DNA from: Thraustochytrium aureum
Taxonomy: Eukaryota
Direction: 5' to 3'
Assembly (NCBI GenBank): GCA_012862495.1
Contig: BLSG01000113.1
Location: forward strand, 66,865-86,864
Length of the DNA stretch: 20,000 nucleotides
A model generated the notes under the pieces. That model saw only the letters and a list, made by a program, of their open reading frames with translations, made no database searches and was not told the origin of the DNA. Shown piece after piece: positions 1 to 8,631 of the stretch. Made by a program: the position numbers and the translations under genes. Each line of letters begins with the position of its first letter. Position 1 is the first letter of the stretch.

Positions 1-1
1 C

Positions 2-1576
2 TTCGTTGGCTTCGGATGAGGGCTCCCCGTCTCGCATGAGCTGCTGCTTGCCACCGAATACAGCTTCGGCGAGCGAAAGCTTGCCATCCGCGCCAGCGGA
101 ATAAATACGAAGCTTTGGGCGCCCGCGCTGCGAGACACTTTTGAGCAAGCAGATCCGAAACGCGGTCGACTCGTGCGGCCTGCTTTCGAGCACGGCGACA
201 TCAAGGCTCTGCAGTCTTGCGACCCGCACGGTTCCATCCGTGGCACACGAGGCAATCGCGAGGTCGTCGTCTTGGGCCGAAGACGCAACCGAAGCAGGCA
301 CGTAGGAAATAGCAATGTCCAAAACCCAGGCCTGATGCGCTTCGAACTGCGCAATATACGAAAGCCCAAGAGCCTCCATAACGACGAGGCGGCCGTCGGT
401 GAGCCCGACAGCGACCACTGTCCTCCCCGATAGGCAACGAGCGAGCGAAATAGCCGAAACCGCCGAGCCACACGACGCCGTCGCGACAAGTCGATGGCCC
501 GACTCGGCGCCGCCCAGCGCCACCCTGAGTACTTGCCCGGTCCTCGAGCCTATGTACAGGTTTCCCTCGCCCTGCTCGAGCGCAGTGCAATTGATGCCCC
601 CGTGGGGCTGCGCGTCAAAGCATGTTGCCGAGGCCTCAGTTGCATTCCATGTTGACACAAACCCACTTGGCGAGGCGGCGACGAGGAGGTTGCCGAGCTT
701 CGGAACGCAATACAGTTGCGACAAGGTCGAGCAGCGCGCGTCAAGGACGCGCAAGCAGGAGCGCGACTCAGCATCCCATAGACGGACCGTGCCGTCCCGA
801 GCGGCGCTGGCAACCTGCCAGAGATCCGTCAAGCCAACCACGCGCGTGACCGGGCCGCGGTGGCCCTTGAGGACCTTGCAAAGGGACGTGTCCCGTACGT
901 CCCAGATCCGCGCAGTCTTATCTTCCGAGGACGTGACGAGAAGATTAGCGCCCAGGGACGCAGCGTGCAGGACAGGGCCGGTGTGGCCGCTGCAGACCAC
1001 AACGCTTTGAAACTCGGCAGCATGCGATCTGTCGGTTCGCAGGAGCGCTGCCGTGCCGTCGTCCGAGCACGTGACCACAGTATTGGCCCAAAGCGTGGCT
1101 AGAAAGCGAATGCCCCTACTATGCGTCTGGGGCGGCTGCGCGGGGAGCGCTGTGGTTTCGGCAGGACTGGAATCGATTGGTCGAACGTCGCAGATTGCGG
1201 GTTTGCGCCTGGCGATTTGGCGATGTGCGTGGACCGACTTTCGAAACTCGAAGGCCTCTCCGGGCTCGTGTGTTACAACGCGCACTGCTGCGCGCGTCTC
1301 TGGCACGCGCGTGGAGATATTCCAAATCGGTCTTGGATCGACGTTGTTCCCGCCCGTGGTGCTTTCGCGTGCGCTTTGCACAAGCGCCAGACCCGACTCC
1401 TCGCTGCCCTTGCGCCCAATTTCCAACCTGCTTGTCAGCGGCGTCGTCACCAGCCCGCTTGCGCCGCGCGCCGTCCCCGCTAGCAGGTTTTTGGCCGACT
1501 TTGCAGGTCGTTTCGGTATCTGCACGCGCGGCACCTCGGCGGCACGTGCGACGAGATTGGGCCCGGCGCTCGCCAT
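2..1576 (-). CDS. WD40-repeat (beta-propeller) protein, 3'-truncated by the window edge (>=525 aa)
   Basis: Absent from the ORF track, apparently because no stop is reached inside the window. Hand translation from ATG at 1576 (aagATGg) gives MASAGPNLV... followed by WD repeats: SGHTGPVLHAASLGANLLVTSSEDKTARIWDV, LKGHRGPVTRVVGLTDLWQVASAARDGTVRLWDA, FEAHQAWVLDIAIS, IYSAGADGKLSL. In-frame stops lie upstream at ~1685 and 1709. Confidence 0.88.
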   Translation of the reverse strand, partial: MASAGPNLVARAAEVPRVQIPKRPAKSAKNLLAGTARGASGLVTTPLTSRLEIGRKGSEESGLALVQSARESTTGGNNVDPRPIWNISTRVPETRAAVRVVTHEPGEAFEFRKSVHAHRQIARRKPAICDVRPIDSSPAETTALPAQPPQTHSRGIRFLATLWANTVVTCSDDGTAALLRTDRSHAAEFQSVVVCSGHTGPVLHAASLGANLLVTSSEDKTARIWDVRDTSLCKVLKGHRGPVTRVVGLTDLWQVASAARDGTVRLWDAESRSCLRVLDARCSTLSQLYCVPKLGNLLVAASPSGFVSTWNATEASATCFDAQPHGGINCTALEQGEGNLYIGSRTGQVLRVALGGAESGHRLVATASCGSAVSAISLARCLSGRTVVAVGLTDGRLVVMEALGLSYIAQFEAHQAWVLDIAISYVPASVASSAQDDDLAIASCATDGTVRVARLQSLDVAVLESRPHESTAFRICLLKSVSQRGRPKLRIYSAGADGKLSLAEAVFGGKQQLMRDGEPSSEANE

Positions 1577-1782
1577 CTTCAGGAGCAACCCGCCACTGCG
1601 CAGCACGAGCGCGCCTTTCAGCAAACTGATCCGCAGCAGCGCCGCGACGCCACGCCACGCCTTCAAGATCGATGATAGATCCGTTCACTCGGAATCAACC
1701 AATTCCGCTCAACCGGTCTCGTACGAACGCCGAGCCCGCTCGTGGCCGAGGATGCACCCTCGGTACTCGGCCGACGGCGGCG

Positions 1783-1788
1783 GCAGCA

Positions 1789-1820
<32 letters not shown>

Positions 1821-1836
1821 GGCAGCGGCAGCAGCA
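1783..1836. repeat. (GCA)n microsatellite, imperfect, ~18 units
   Basis: gcagcagcaacagcagca...gcggcagcggcagcagca read directly; lies between the divergent WD40 and thiolase genes. Confidence 0.95.
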
Positions 1837-2059
1837 TTGCTCGCTTCCATCGAGGCGTTGCACGAAGCTCCGGGCGCATGCAAGCAGCGCTCTCGCACTC
1901 CGACGCGAGTCGTTGTTTGGCCCGTGCTGCGGCGGCCAATACACAGAATGCGCTGCCGGTAAAGTCCGCTGCGACGCGACCGGAGAGCGCAAGCGCCGCG
2001 CGAATCGCTCCGCAGGGCGCTGCGGCTACAACATCACGACGAGCCGCCGGCAACTCCAA

Positions 2060-2223
2060 NNNNNNNNNNNNNNNNNNNNNNNNNNNNNNNNNNNNNNNNN
2101 NNNNNNNNNNNNNNNNNNNNNNNNNNNNNNNNNNNNNNNNNNNNNNNNNNNNNNNNNNNNNNNNNNNNNNNNNNNNNNNNNNNNNNNNNNNNNNNNNNNN
2201 NNNNNNNNNNNNNNNNNNNNNNN
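2060..2223. other. assembly gap (N run)
   Basis: 164 N. Confidence 1.
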
Positions 2224-2650
2224 TATAGTAGAATCAAGAGGCACTTTTATAATAGAGTTGAAGCGAGTCTGCAGTGTTGTTACACCGAGACCACGATCGT
2301 CTCGAGGCCCCCGTGGTCCCTGTTCTCACAAGACCAGCGACTCGAGAGCAAAGTGCTTGGGCACCAAAGCGTTACGAAGGGGGTTGTACCGCACCGCGTC
2401 TTGTAAGCGAGCGTCATGCGTCGAGCGGGCAGGCGCGCTTTAATAAAGAGCTCAGGCGCGCGGATTGATGCGCCGCGGTGTATTGCGAGGGTTAAAGAGC
2501 ACGTGCCAGACGTGCGTCGAGGCGCTCGAAGCTGGGCAGCGACAGACTTGACAGACTCGAAACAGACGACGCGGCAGAGTTGGATTCGTTGAAACTGCGG
2601 CGCTCGGCTCGGTTTGGCTCGAGCTGCTCGGTCAGCAAGTCGAGGCAGTG

Positions 2651-2651
2651 G

Positions 2652-2690
<39 letters not shown>
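2651..2690 (+). repeat. (GCAG)10 tetranucleotide microsatellite upstream of the thiolase
   Basis: Ten perfect GCAG units ending 61 nt before the ATG. Confidence 0.95.
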
Positions 2691-2692
<2 letters not shown>

Positions 2693-2751
2693 AGCTTGTT
2701 TTGTGCGAGGCGCTCGGGGATTGTTGTCCTTCCTGGCTCGGTGGCAGAAAT

Positions 2752-4077
2752 ATGAGCGGCAAGGCCATGCGCAAGGGGCTCTCGACGGCGGCCGCGGCCG
2801 TCAAGGCCGCGCCGGCCAAGCGGATCGCGTTCGTTGACGGCGCGCGCATCCCGTTCACGATGGCTGGCACGACGTACAAGGACAAGATTTCGTATGATAT
2901 CGCCCGGCTCGCGGCCAAGGGCATCGTGGACAGGACTGCTATCGACGCGAAGGAGATCGACTACGTGGCGTGGGGCACGGTCGTCCAGGAGGTGCGCACG
3001 AACAACATCGCGCGCGAGGTCACGCTTGGCGCGGGGCTGCCCAACAGCATCCCCTCGCACACCGTCGGGCAGGCCTGCATCTCATCCAACCAGGCCATGT
3101 GCGGCGGCGCCGAGAAGATTCTGGCCGGCCAGGCCAACGTTGTTCTCGTCGGCGGCTCGGAGACCTTTAGCGACGTGCCGATCCGCTTCAGCAAGCCCGT
3201 GCGCCAGCGCCTGCTTGGCGCTGGCAAGGCGATGAAGAAGGGCCCCGCGGGCGTGCTCAAGCTGCTCAAGGGACTCAAGCTCAAGGACTTGGCCCCAGAG
3301 CCCCCCGCCATCAAGAACTTTAGCACCGGCGAAGTCATGGGCCACTCGAGCGACCGCCTTTCATCGCGCTTTGGCGTGACCCGCGAGGAGCAAGACCAGT
3401 TCGCGTTGGCGTCGCACCACAACGCAGCCAAGGCGCACGAGAAGGGGTTGTACAAGGGCGAGATCATCCCCGTCAACGGTTCGGTGGAGGAGAACTGCAT
3501 TCGTGGCGACACGACCATCGAGAAGCTCTCCACCCTCAAGCCGGCGTTTGTCAAGCCGCACGGCAGCCACACTGCCGGCAACTCCTCGCCGCTCACGGAC
3601 GGCGCGTCAGCTGCGCTCATCATGTCGGAGGACAAGGCCAAGGAGCTCGGCTTTGCGCCAAAGTCTTTCCTCAAGTCGTGGAACTTTGTCTCTGTGGACC
3701 CTTTCGAGGAGATGCTGCTGGGCCCAGCATACGGCATCGCCAAGGTGCTCCGGGACAACGGCCTCACGCTCAACGACATTGACGTTTTCGAGATCCACGA
3801 GGCCTTCGCCGGCCAGGTGCTCTCCAACCTGGCCGCGCTTGACTCTGATGAGTGGTGCAAGGCCAACGTCGGCATGGACCGCATCGGCCGCGTGCCGGCG
3901 GAGAAGCTCAACCAGTGGGGCGGATCTCTCGCGATCGGGCACCCCTTCGGCGCTACCGGGGTGCGCCTTGTGACCACTGCGACCTCGCGCCTTCACCACG
4001 AGGACGGCAGGTTTGCGCTGCTCGCGGCTTGTGCTGACGGTGGCCAGGCGCACGCCAGCCTCATCGAGCGTGCTTAG
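2752..4077 (+). CDS. HADHB: 3-ketoacyl-CoA thiolase, mitochondrial trifunctional enzyme beta-subunit type (441 aa)
   Basis: Thiolase motifs: VDGARIPF, NIARE, catalytic Cys in VGQACISSNQA, TAGNSSPLTDGASA, HEAF (TFE-type variant of NEAF), GGSLAIGHPFGATG, CADGG. The basic, Ala-rich N-terminus MSGKAMRKGLSTAAAAVKAAPAKR resembles a mitochondrial presequence. First ATG in frame is 2752. Confidence 0.92.
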   Translation: MSGKAMRKGLSTAAAAVKAAPAKRIAFVDGARIPFTMAGTTYKDKISYDIARLAAKGIVDRTAIDAKEIDYVAWGTVVQEVRTNNIAREVTLGAGLPNSIPSHTVGQACISSNQAMCGGAEKILAGQANVVLVGGSETFSDVPIRFSKPVRQRLLGAGKAMKKGPAGVLKLLKGLKLKDLAPEPPAIKNFSTGEVMGHSSDRLSSRFGVTREEQDQFALASHHNAAKAHEKGLYKGEIIPVNGSVEENCIRGDTTIEKLSTLKPAFVKPHGSHTAGNSSPLTDGASAALIMSEDKAKELGFAPKSFLKSWNFVSVDPFEEMLLGPAYGIAKVLRDNGLTLNDIDVFEIHEAFAGQVLSNLAALDSDEWCKANVGMDRIGRVPAEKLNQWGGSLAIGHPFGATGVRLVTTATSRLHHEDGRFALLAACADGGQAHASLIERA

Positions 4078-4387
4078 TCGACGCGAGCCGAGAAGGACTC
4101 TTAGAGTAGAAACAACGCCCGATTTTTTCTTTGTTGCCTGCGGCTCGCCAGCCCTGCGCGGAAGGCCGGCATCCTCCCGCCCACGTCCACGGCCCAGTCC
4201 CACGCGGTCAACGTTGTAGGCCCGTTGGCGCGACGGCGCGCGAAAAACCACCACGGGAAAAACCGCCCAAATGCCTTGCGGCGAAGCGGCAAGTGCTGAA
4301 ACGGAGCGCGTGAGTCAGGCTCGGCGCCCAGCGCGGTCTCGCCTCGAGCTTGTTGGCCAGCACGACGACCGAGCTTTGCGGCGAGCG

Positions 4388-5679
4388 ATGGAGGGCGTTG
4401 TGAGGCGGTTTTCGGATGCCCTGCGGGAATCTGTGGACGACGTAGCGCGCGCCGTTCTCGCCCCAGCCCGTGGCTCGGGGCCGACCGGGCAAGATAGCCG
4501 TGAGCGGTTGAGCGCGCTCACTGCGCGTCTCGAGGAGGCCGAGGAGGGCGCAGAGTTTTGCTCGCGGATGTATGCGAGGTCGCACGTTTCCCTCCAAGAG
4601 CTTGTCCGCCTTGCTGCCGCTGCAGAGCGCGCGGACCGAGCCCTCGTGGAGGCGGTAGCCCTGGCCAATGGAGAAAGCTACGAGACGAGCTCTAGGCGCT
4701 ATTCGCCGCCTTCGTGCCCCGAGGAGGACGTGCCAACGGCCCAGGAGCCACACCACGGCGCCAGCTGTGCGCACCTCGGAGATGCACAAACGCCGGCTCG
4801 AGAGCGCTCGAGTGGCGCTCCCAGCACGCAGCACGATGAGCTCGATACTGCGTCGGTGGACAGCGACCCACGGACGCCGACCTTGGAGGACTTTNNNNNN
4901 NNNNNNNNNNNNNNNNNNNNNNNNNNNNNNNNNNNNNNNNNNNNNNNNNNNNNNNNNNNNNNNNNNNNNNNNNNNNNNNNNNNNNNNNNNNNNNNNNNNN
5001 NNNNNNNNNNNNNNNNNNNNNNNNNNNNNNNNNNNNNNNNNNNNNNNNNNNNNNNNNNNNNNNNNNNNNNNNNNNNNNNNNNNNNNNNNNNNNNNNNNNN
5101 NNNNNNNNNNNNNNNNNNNNNNNNNNNNNNNNNNNNNNNNNNNNNNNNNNNNNNNNNNNNNNNNNNNNNNNNNNNNNNNNNGAGGACTTTGGGCTTTCGG
5201 TATCAAAGTACTGTGACCCCGCGCAAGAGCCATCACTTGGTGACAGCCCTCCACCGCGTGTGTCACAGCAAGGCGTTCGGCGCGCGACGCGCGACGCGCC
5301 GCATTTTTTTGCGGCCTCACCGCCCCCAGCGTCGGGCGCAGAGGCTGGGGCTCGTGGCCGCGGCCTTGGTTCAGCCAGCCCAGACTTGGCATGCGCTGGG
5401 GCCGTTGACACGATCGAGCTTAACCTCGTCACCGACGCAGAGTTCGAAGGCCTGCCCGCGTATTTGAGGGGCCAAGTCAGCACGGACAGCCTGAATGAAG
5501 TGTACCAAGCAGTGACGGTTGTGGCGTGCGAGAACCGCGACTTGGCGTTTTCGATGGACCAGGTCGAGGCTCTTGGCCGCCCTGGCGGCTCCGCGATCAA
5601 AGCGACGCTGCTCTGTCTGATTCAACTTGGCAAGCTGGAGGCCGTCGGCTCTGGCAGGTATCACCTCGTGGTGGCTTGA
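4388..5679 (+). CDS. SKA3: Spindle and kinetochore-associated (Ska complex) protein, SKA3-like; spans the gap, ~331 aa if the gap is closed
   Basis: Helical/coiled-coil N-terminus (MEGVVRRFSDALRESVDDVARAVL...), then PRTPTLEDFGLS, which resembles the SKA3 P-x-L-x-DFGL motif. A disordered Pro/Ser linker leads to a Ska-type C-terminal winged-helix-like segment (VTDAEFEGLPAYLRGQVSTDSLNEVY...KATLLCLIQLGKL). Both gap flanks read EDF in frame. Confidence 0.7.
4895..5181. other. assembly gap, probably spurious (flanks overlap by GAGGACTTT)
   Basis: 4886-4894 and 5182-5190 are both gaggacttt. Confidence 0.85.
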
Positions 5680-5706
5680 CCCTCTCCAGATGCAGGCACG
5701 GGAATA

Positions 5707-5866
5707 GCGGCGTTCTGGGCTAGCGGCATCCCCACGCGGCGGCGTTCTGGGCTAGCGGCGTCCCCACGCGGCGGAGTTCTGGGCTAGCGGAATCCCCACC
5801 GGGCGGCGTTCTGGGCTAGCGGAACCCCACTCGGGCGGCGTTCTGGGCTAGCGGAACCCCCACTCG
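5707..5866. repeat. minisatellite, 5 x 32 bp (consensus GCGGCGTTCTGGGCTAGCGG + ~AATCCCCACGCG)
   Basis: Units start at 5707, 5739, 5771, 5803 and 5835. Confidence 0.95.
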
Positions 5867-5959
5867 GCGCCGTACGGCGTCTCCATGTACTCTCAATGGA
5901 AAGAGTATAGCAGTGTTGTCAAAATCTGAATCTATCGTCTATGTCACGTGAGCTGCCGA

Positions 5960-6949
5960 CTACTGATCGGGGAAGCTGAAGATCTGGTACTGGTCCGCTT
6001 TGCGGTGCTGATAGTCTTCCGTGCGCTTGCCGTTCTTCTTGATAAAGTTGCCGGTCGCGCACCAGCCAAAGGTCTTGCCGTCCTTCTCAATTGTGGCAAA
6101 GCTCTCGTCAAGCGGCTGCAAGTCGCGGTAGCTCGAGGCTTTCGGGTCGTACTCGTTCTTGACAACCTCCTTCCTGCGCACGCAGACGTTCCAGTACGGC
6201 ACCTTGTCCTGCGAGCGGTGGCACTTGAGGGTGAGCTGCACTCCGCCCATCTCTACAATCCCGTTCACCTTCTGGTCCCCCGCGCAAACGGAAACCTCGT
6301 TGACCTTTTGCGGCGCGTTCAGGAGAACGCCTTCGACATCCACGTAGCGGCCAAGGGGGAAGCCCTCGGAGGCCTCGTCGAAGAGCGGGTCGCCGTCCGT
6401 GGGAACGACATATCTGGCTCGAGTCTCCGGGTTGAAGTCGCTCTCCTCCGTGCACATGTCCTTCGCCATGTACTCGGCAACGTCGTAGTCTGTCGGGCTG
6501 ACGGACTCGGTGGCAGCTTGGCCGCACGCTTGGCTGCTGCTCTCCTTGCGCAGGTACACACGGATGCCCGCGATAAACTCGCACGAGTCCAGGATGAACT
6601 CGGTCGCAAACTCGTTCAAGAAAGAGTACATGATCCGGTCATCGCGCACCGGGTTTCTTCGGGACCAGGAAGCTCTTGGTGCTGGAACCCATCTTGGACT
6701 CGAAGTCAAAGATGTGCGGGTCGCCGTACGCGGCACACTCGGCTCGGCAGGCTTTTTTGCCGTTGATCGGCTGGTCCATGGGCCGGTTGCAGTTGTAGTC
6801 GACCTTGTCCTCAGGGACGGGCGGGGCAAACCCAAAGCTCCCTGGGTTTGTGCAGACGCCATAGTCCTCCTTAAAGAACAGGGTGGAGTCTTGCCAGAAC
6901 GAGCCCGGAATAAACTCGGCAACCTTGCACACCGTGTCGCGCACGTCGA
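5960..6949 (-). CDS. Secreted Cys-rich GDPH/VWD-like protein, paralog 1. 5' part is hidden in the gap; one frameshift (sequencing error or pseudogene)
   Basis: DVRDTVC...KACRAECAAYGDPHIFDF...VPKKP reads in one frame. PVRDDRIMYSF...TFGWCATGNF...FPDQ* reads in another. One extra base sits at ~6649-6653. Colinear with the paralogs at 8632-10227 and 15656-17291. Confidence 0.85.
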   Translation of the reverse strand, partial: STCATRCARLPSLFRARSGKTPPCSLRRTMASAQTQGALGLPRPSLRTRSTTTATGPWTSRSTAKKPAEPSVPRTATRTSLTSSPRWVPAPRASWSRRNPVRDDRIMYSFLNEFATEFILDSCEFIAGIRVYLRKESSSQACGQAATESVSPTDYDVAEYMAKDMCTEESDFNPETRARYVVPTDGDPLFDEASEGFPLGRYVDVEGVLLNAPQKVNEVSVCAGDQKVNGIVEMGGVQLTLKCHRSQDKVPYWNVCVRRKEVVKNEYDPKASSYRDLQPLDESFATIEKDGKTFGWCATGNFIKKNGKRTEDYQHRKADQYQIFSFPDQ

Positions 6950-7628
6950 NNNNNNNNNNNNNNNNNNNNNNNNNNNNNNNNNNNNNNNNNNNNNNNNNNN
7001 NNNNNNNNNNNNNNNNNNNNNNNNNNNNNNNNNNNNNNNNNNNNNNNNNNNNNNNNNNNNNNNNNNNNNNNNNNNNNNNNNNNNNNNNNNNNNNNNNNNN
7101 NNNNNNNNNNNNNNNNNNNNNNNNNNNNNNNNNNNNNNNNNNNNNNNNNNNNNNNNNNNNNNNNNNNNNNNNNNNNNNNNNNNNNNNNNNNNNNNNNNNN
7201 NNNNNNNNNNNNNNNNNNNNNNNNNNNNNNNNNNNNNNNNNNNNNNNNNNNNNNNNNNNNNNNNNNNNNNNNNNNNNNNNNNNNNNNNNNNNNNNNNNNN
7301 NNNNNNNNNNNNNNNNNNNNNNNNNNNNNNNNNNNNNNNNNNNNNNNNNNNNNNNNNNNNNNNNNNNNNNNNNNNNNNNNNNNNNNNNNNNNNNNNNNNN
7401 NNNNNNNNNNNNNNNNNNNNNNNNNNNNNNNNNNNNNNNNNNNNNNNNNNNNNNNNNNNNNNNNNNNNNNNNNNNNNNNNNNNNNNNNNNNNNNNNNNNN
7501 NNNNNNNNNNNNNNNNNNNNNNNNNNNNNNNNNNNNNNNNNNNNNNNNNNNNNNNNNNNNNNNNNNNNNNNNNNNNNNNNNNNNNNNNNNNNNNNNNNNN
7601 NNNNNNNNNNNNNNNNNNNNNNNNNNNN
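6950..7628. other. assembly gap, expected to contain the 5' ~590 nt of paralog 1
   Basis: 679 N; the equivalent segment of paralog 2 (ATG to DVRD) is ~590 nt. Confidence 0.85.
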
Positions 7629-8631
7629 CCGAAGCGCCGGTTTCTTGAACAAAATCGAGAAGAATTCAGCATCGATCCGTTACACCTTCGTCTGGAGTTG
7701 TGTTTGGCTGAATTGTTTCGAGCGCCCTCGGCAGACCTGGCCAGAGGGCTGCACTGCTGAATTGGGCTCGCATTGCGCGGCATCGCGCGCTGCCAAAACC
7801 GACGTGCCAGGGCCTTGGTTCGTTTCGGAGCGCTGGTCGTGGCGGTTCTGAACACTGTGCCCCCTCCGAGGTCATCCGAGGCGACTCGCGGGTGCGCCCC
7901 GCTCCGACGGCCGCATGTTTTTTGGTAGTGAATCATGTTTGAATGTGCGGCGCGTTGTGTGATTCGGCGATGCCGCGCACGTGTCTGGTTCTCTAACCGC
8001 AAGAAACTGGCTGGAGGAGCGCGTCCCCCGCGACGCTGTGGCACCTTTGTATTCTTGAGGTCGTTCGGTTTTGTTCGGGGTGGCGCACAGTGTTCCGAAT
8101 TCGGCATCTCTGAACTTGTCGAGAAAGTCGGCCTGGAGGCCGAGCTCGTCGACCAAGTCAAGCTTATATTTAGAATAAACTGAACGGCAACTCTGATCGG
8201 CAACTTTGAGACGTAGCAAGATAGCGGCTTGCGCAGCACGGCGGATGGGCAAGGGTTCAGCCGCTGGCCCACAACGTTGCCACAGAACGAACATGCAAGC
8301 ACACTTGCTGGCGTTGGAGTTTTTTGGGAAGTCTGTGCAGCCTCGTCATCGCGCAACTCGAACCGAGCAGGCCTCTCGGCGCGCAACTGTCCAGATCAGC
8401 GAAGCGGAGACGACGCTGAATCTGAAATCCCAAGTGCAGGATGGCAAGCAGGGTTTTGGGTGTGTTTTGCCCTCTGACGTCCGATGTCGGCCTTGGCCAG
8501 CATCCGTTTGGGGCGAGCCCGCACGGCATCACAAACGTTGTACTAAAACGAGCTGGTAGAGAGAAGATTGTTTGATGTTGTTCAGCCCGCGTCGCGCATG
8601 GATGACAACCCGCTCGGCGATGCTTGCGCCT

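Noticed and set aside
399..2228. Long + strand ORFs 399-1010 and 1053-2228
   Set aside because: Antisense shadows of the WD40 gene, extended through a microsatellite and Ns.
1672..2443. Poly-Q/poly-A/poly-L/poly-C ORFs
   Set aside because: These are translations of the (GCA)n microsatellite with no other protein-like signal.
2614..2751. 46-aa N-terminal extension of the thiolase (GRQA repeats)
   Set aside because: Non-ATG start and translation of the GCAG repeat; the real start is 2752.
5707..5866. CRISPR array
   Set aside because: The variable parts are only 12 bp and are related to each other; no cas genes; eukaryotic context.
6645..6660. Programmed ribosomal frameshift in paralog 1
   Set aside because: The paralogs are in frame here and the window has other indel-type errors.
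7872..8294. Protein-like patch YKLDLVDELGLQADFLDKFRDAEF
   Set aside because: Short, with no recognisable domain or good start; at most a decayed fragment.
5960..8386. 808-aa ORF
   Set aside because: Artefact of reading through Ns; only 5960-~6650 of this frame is coding.
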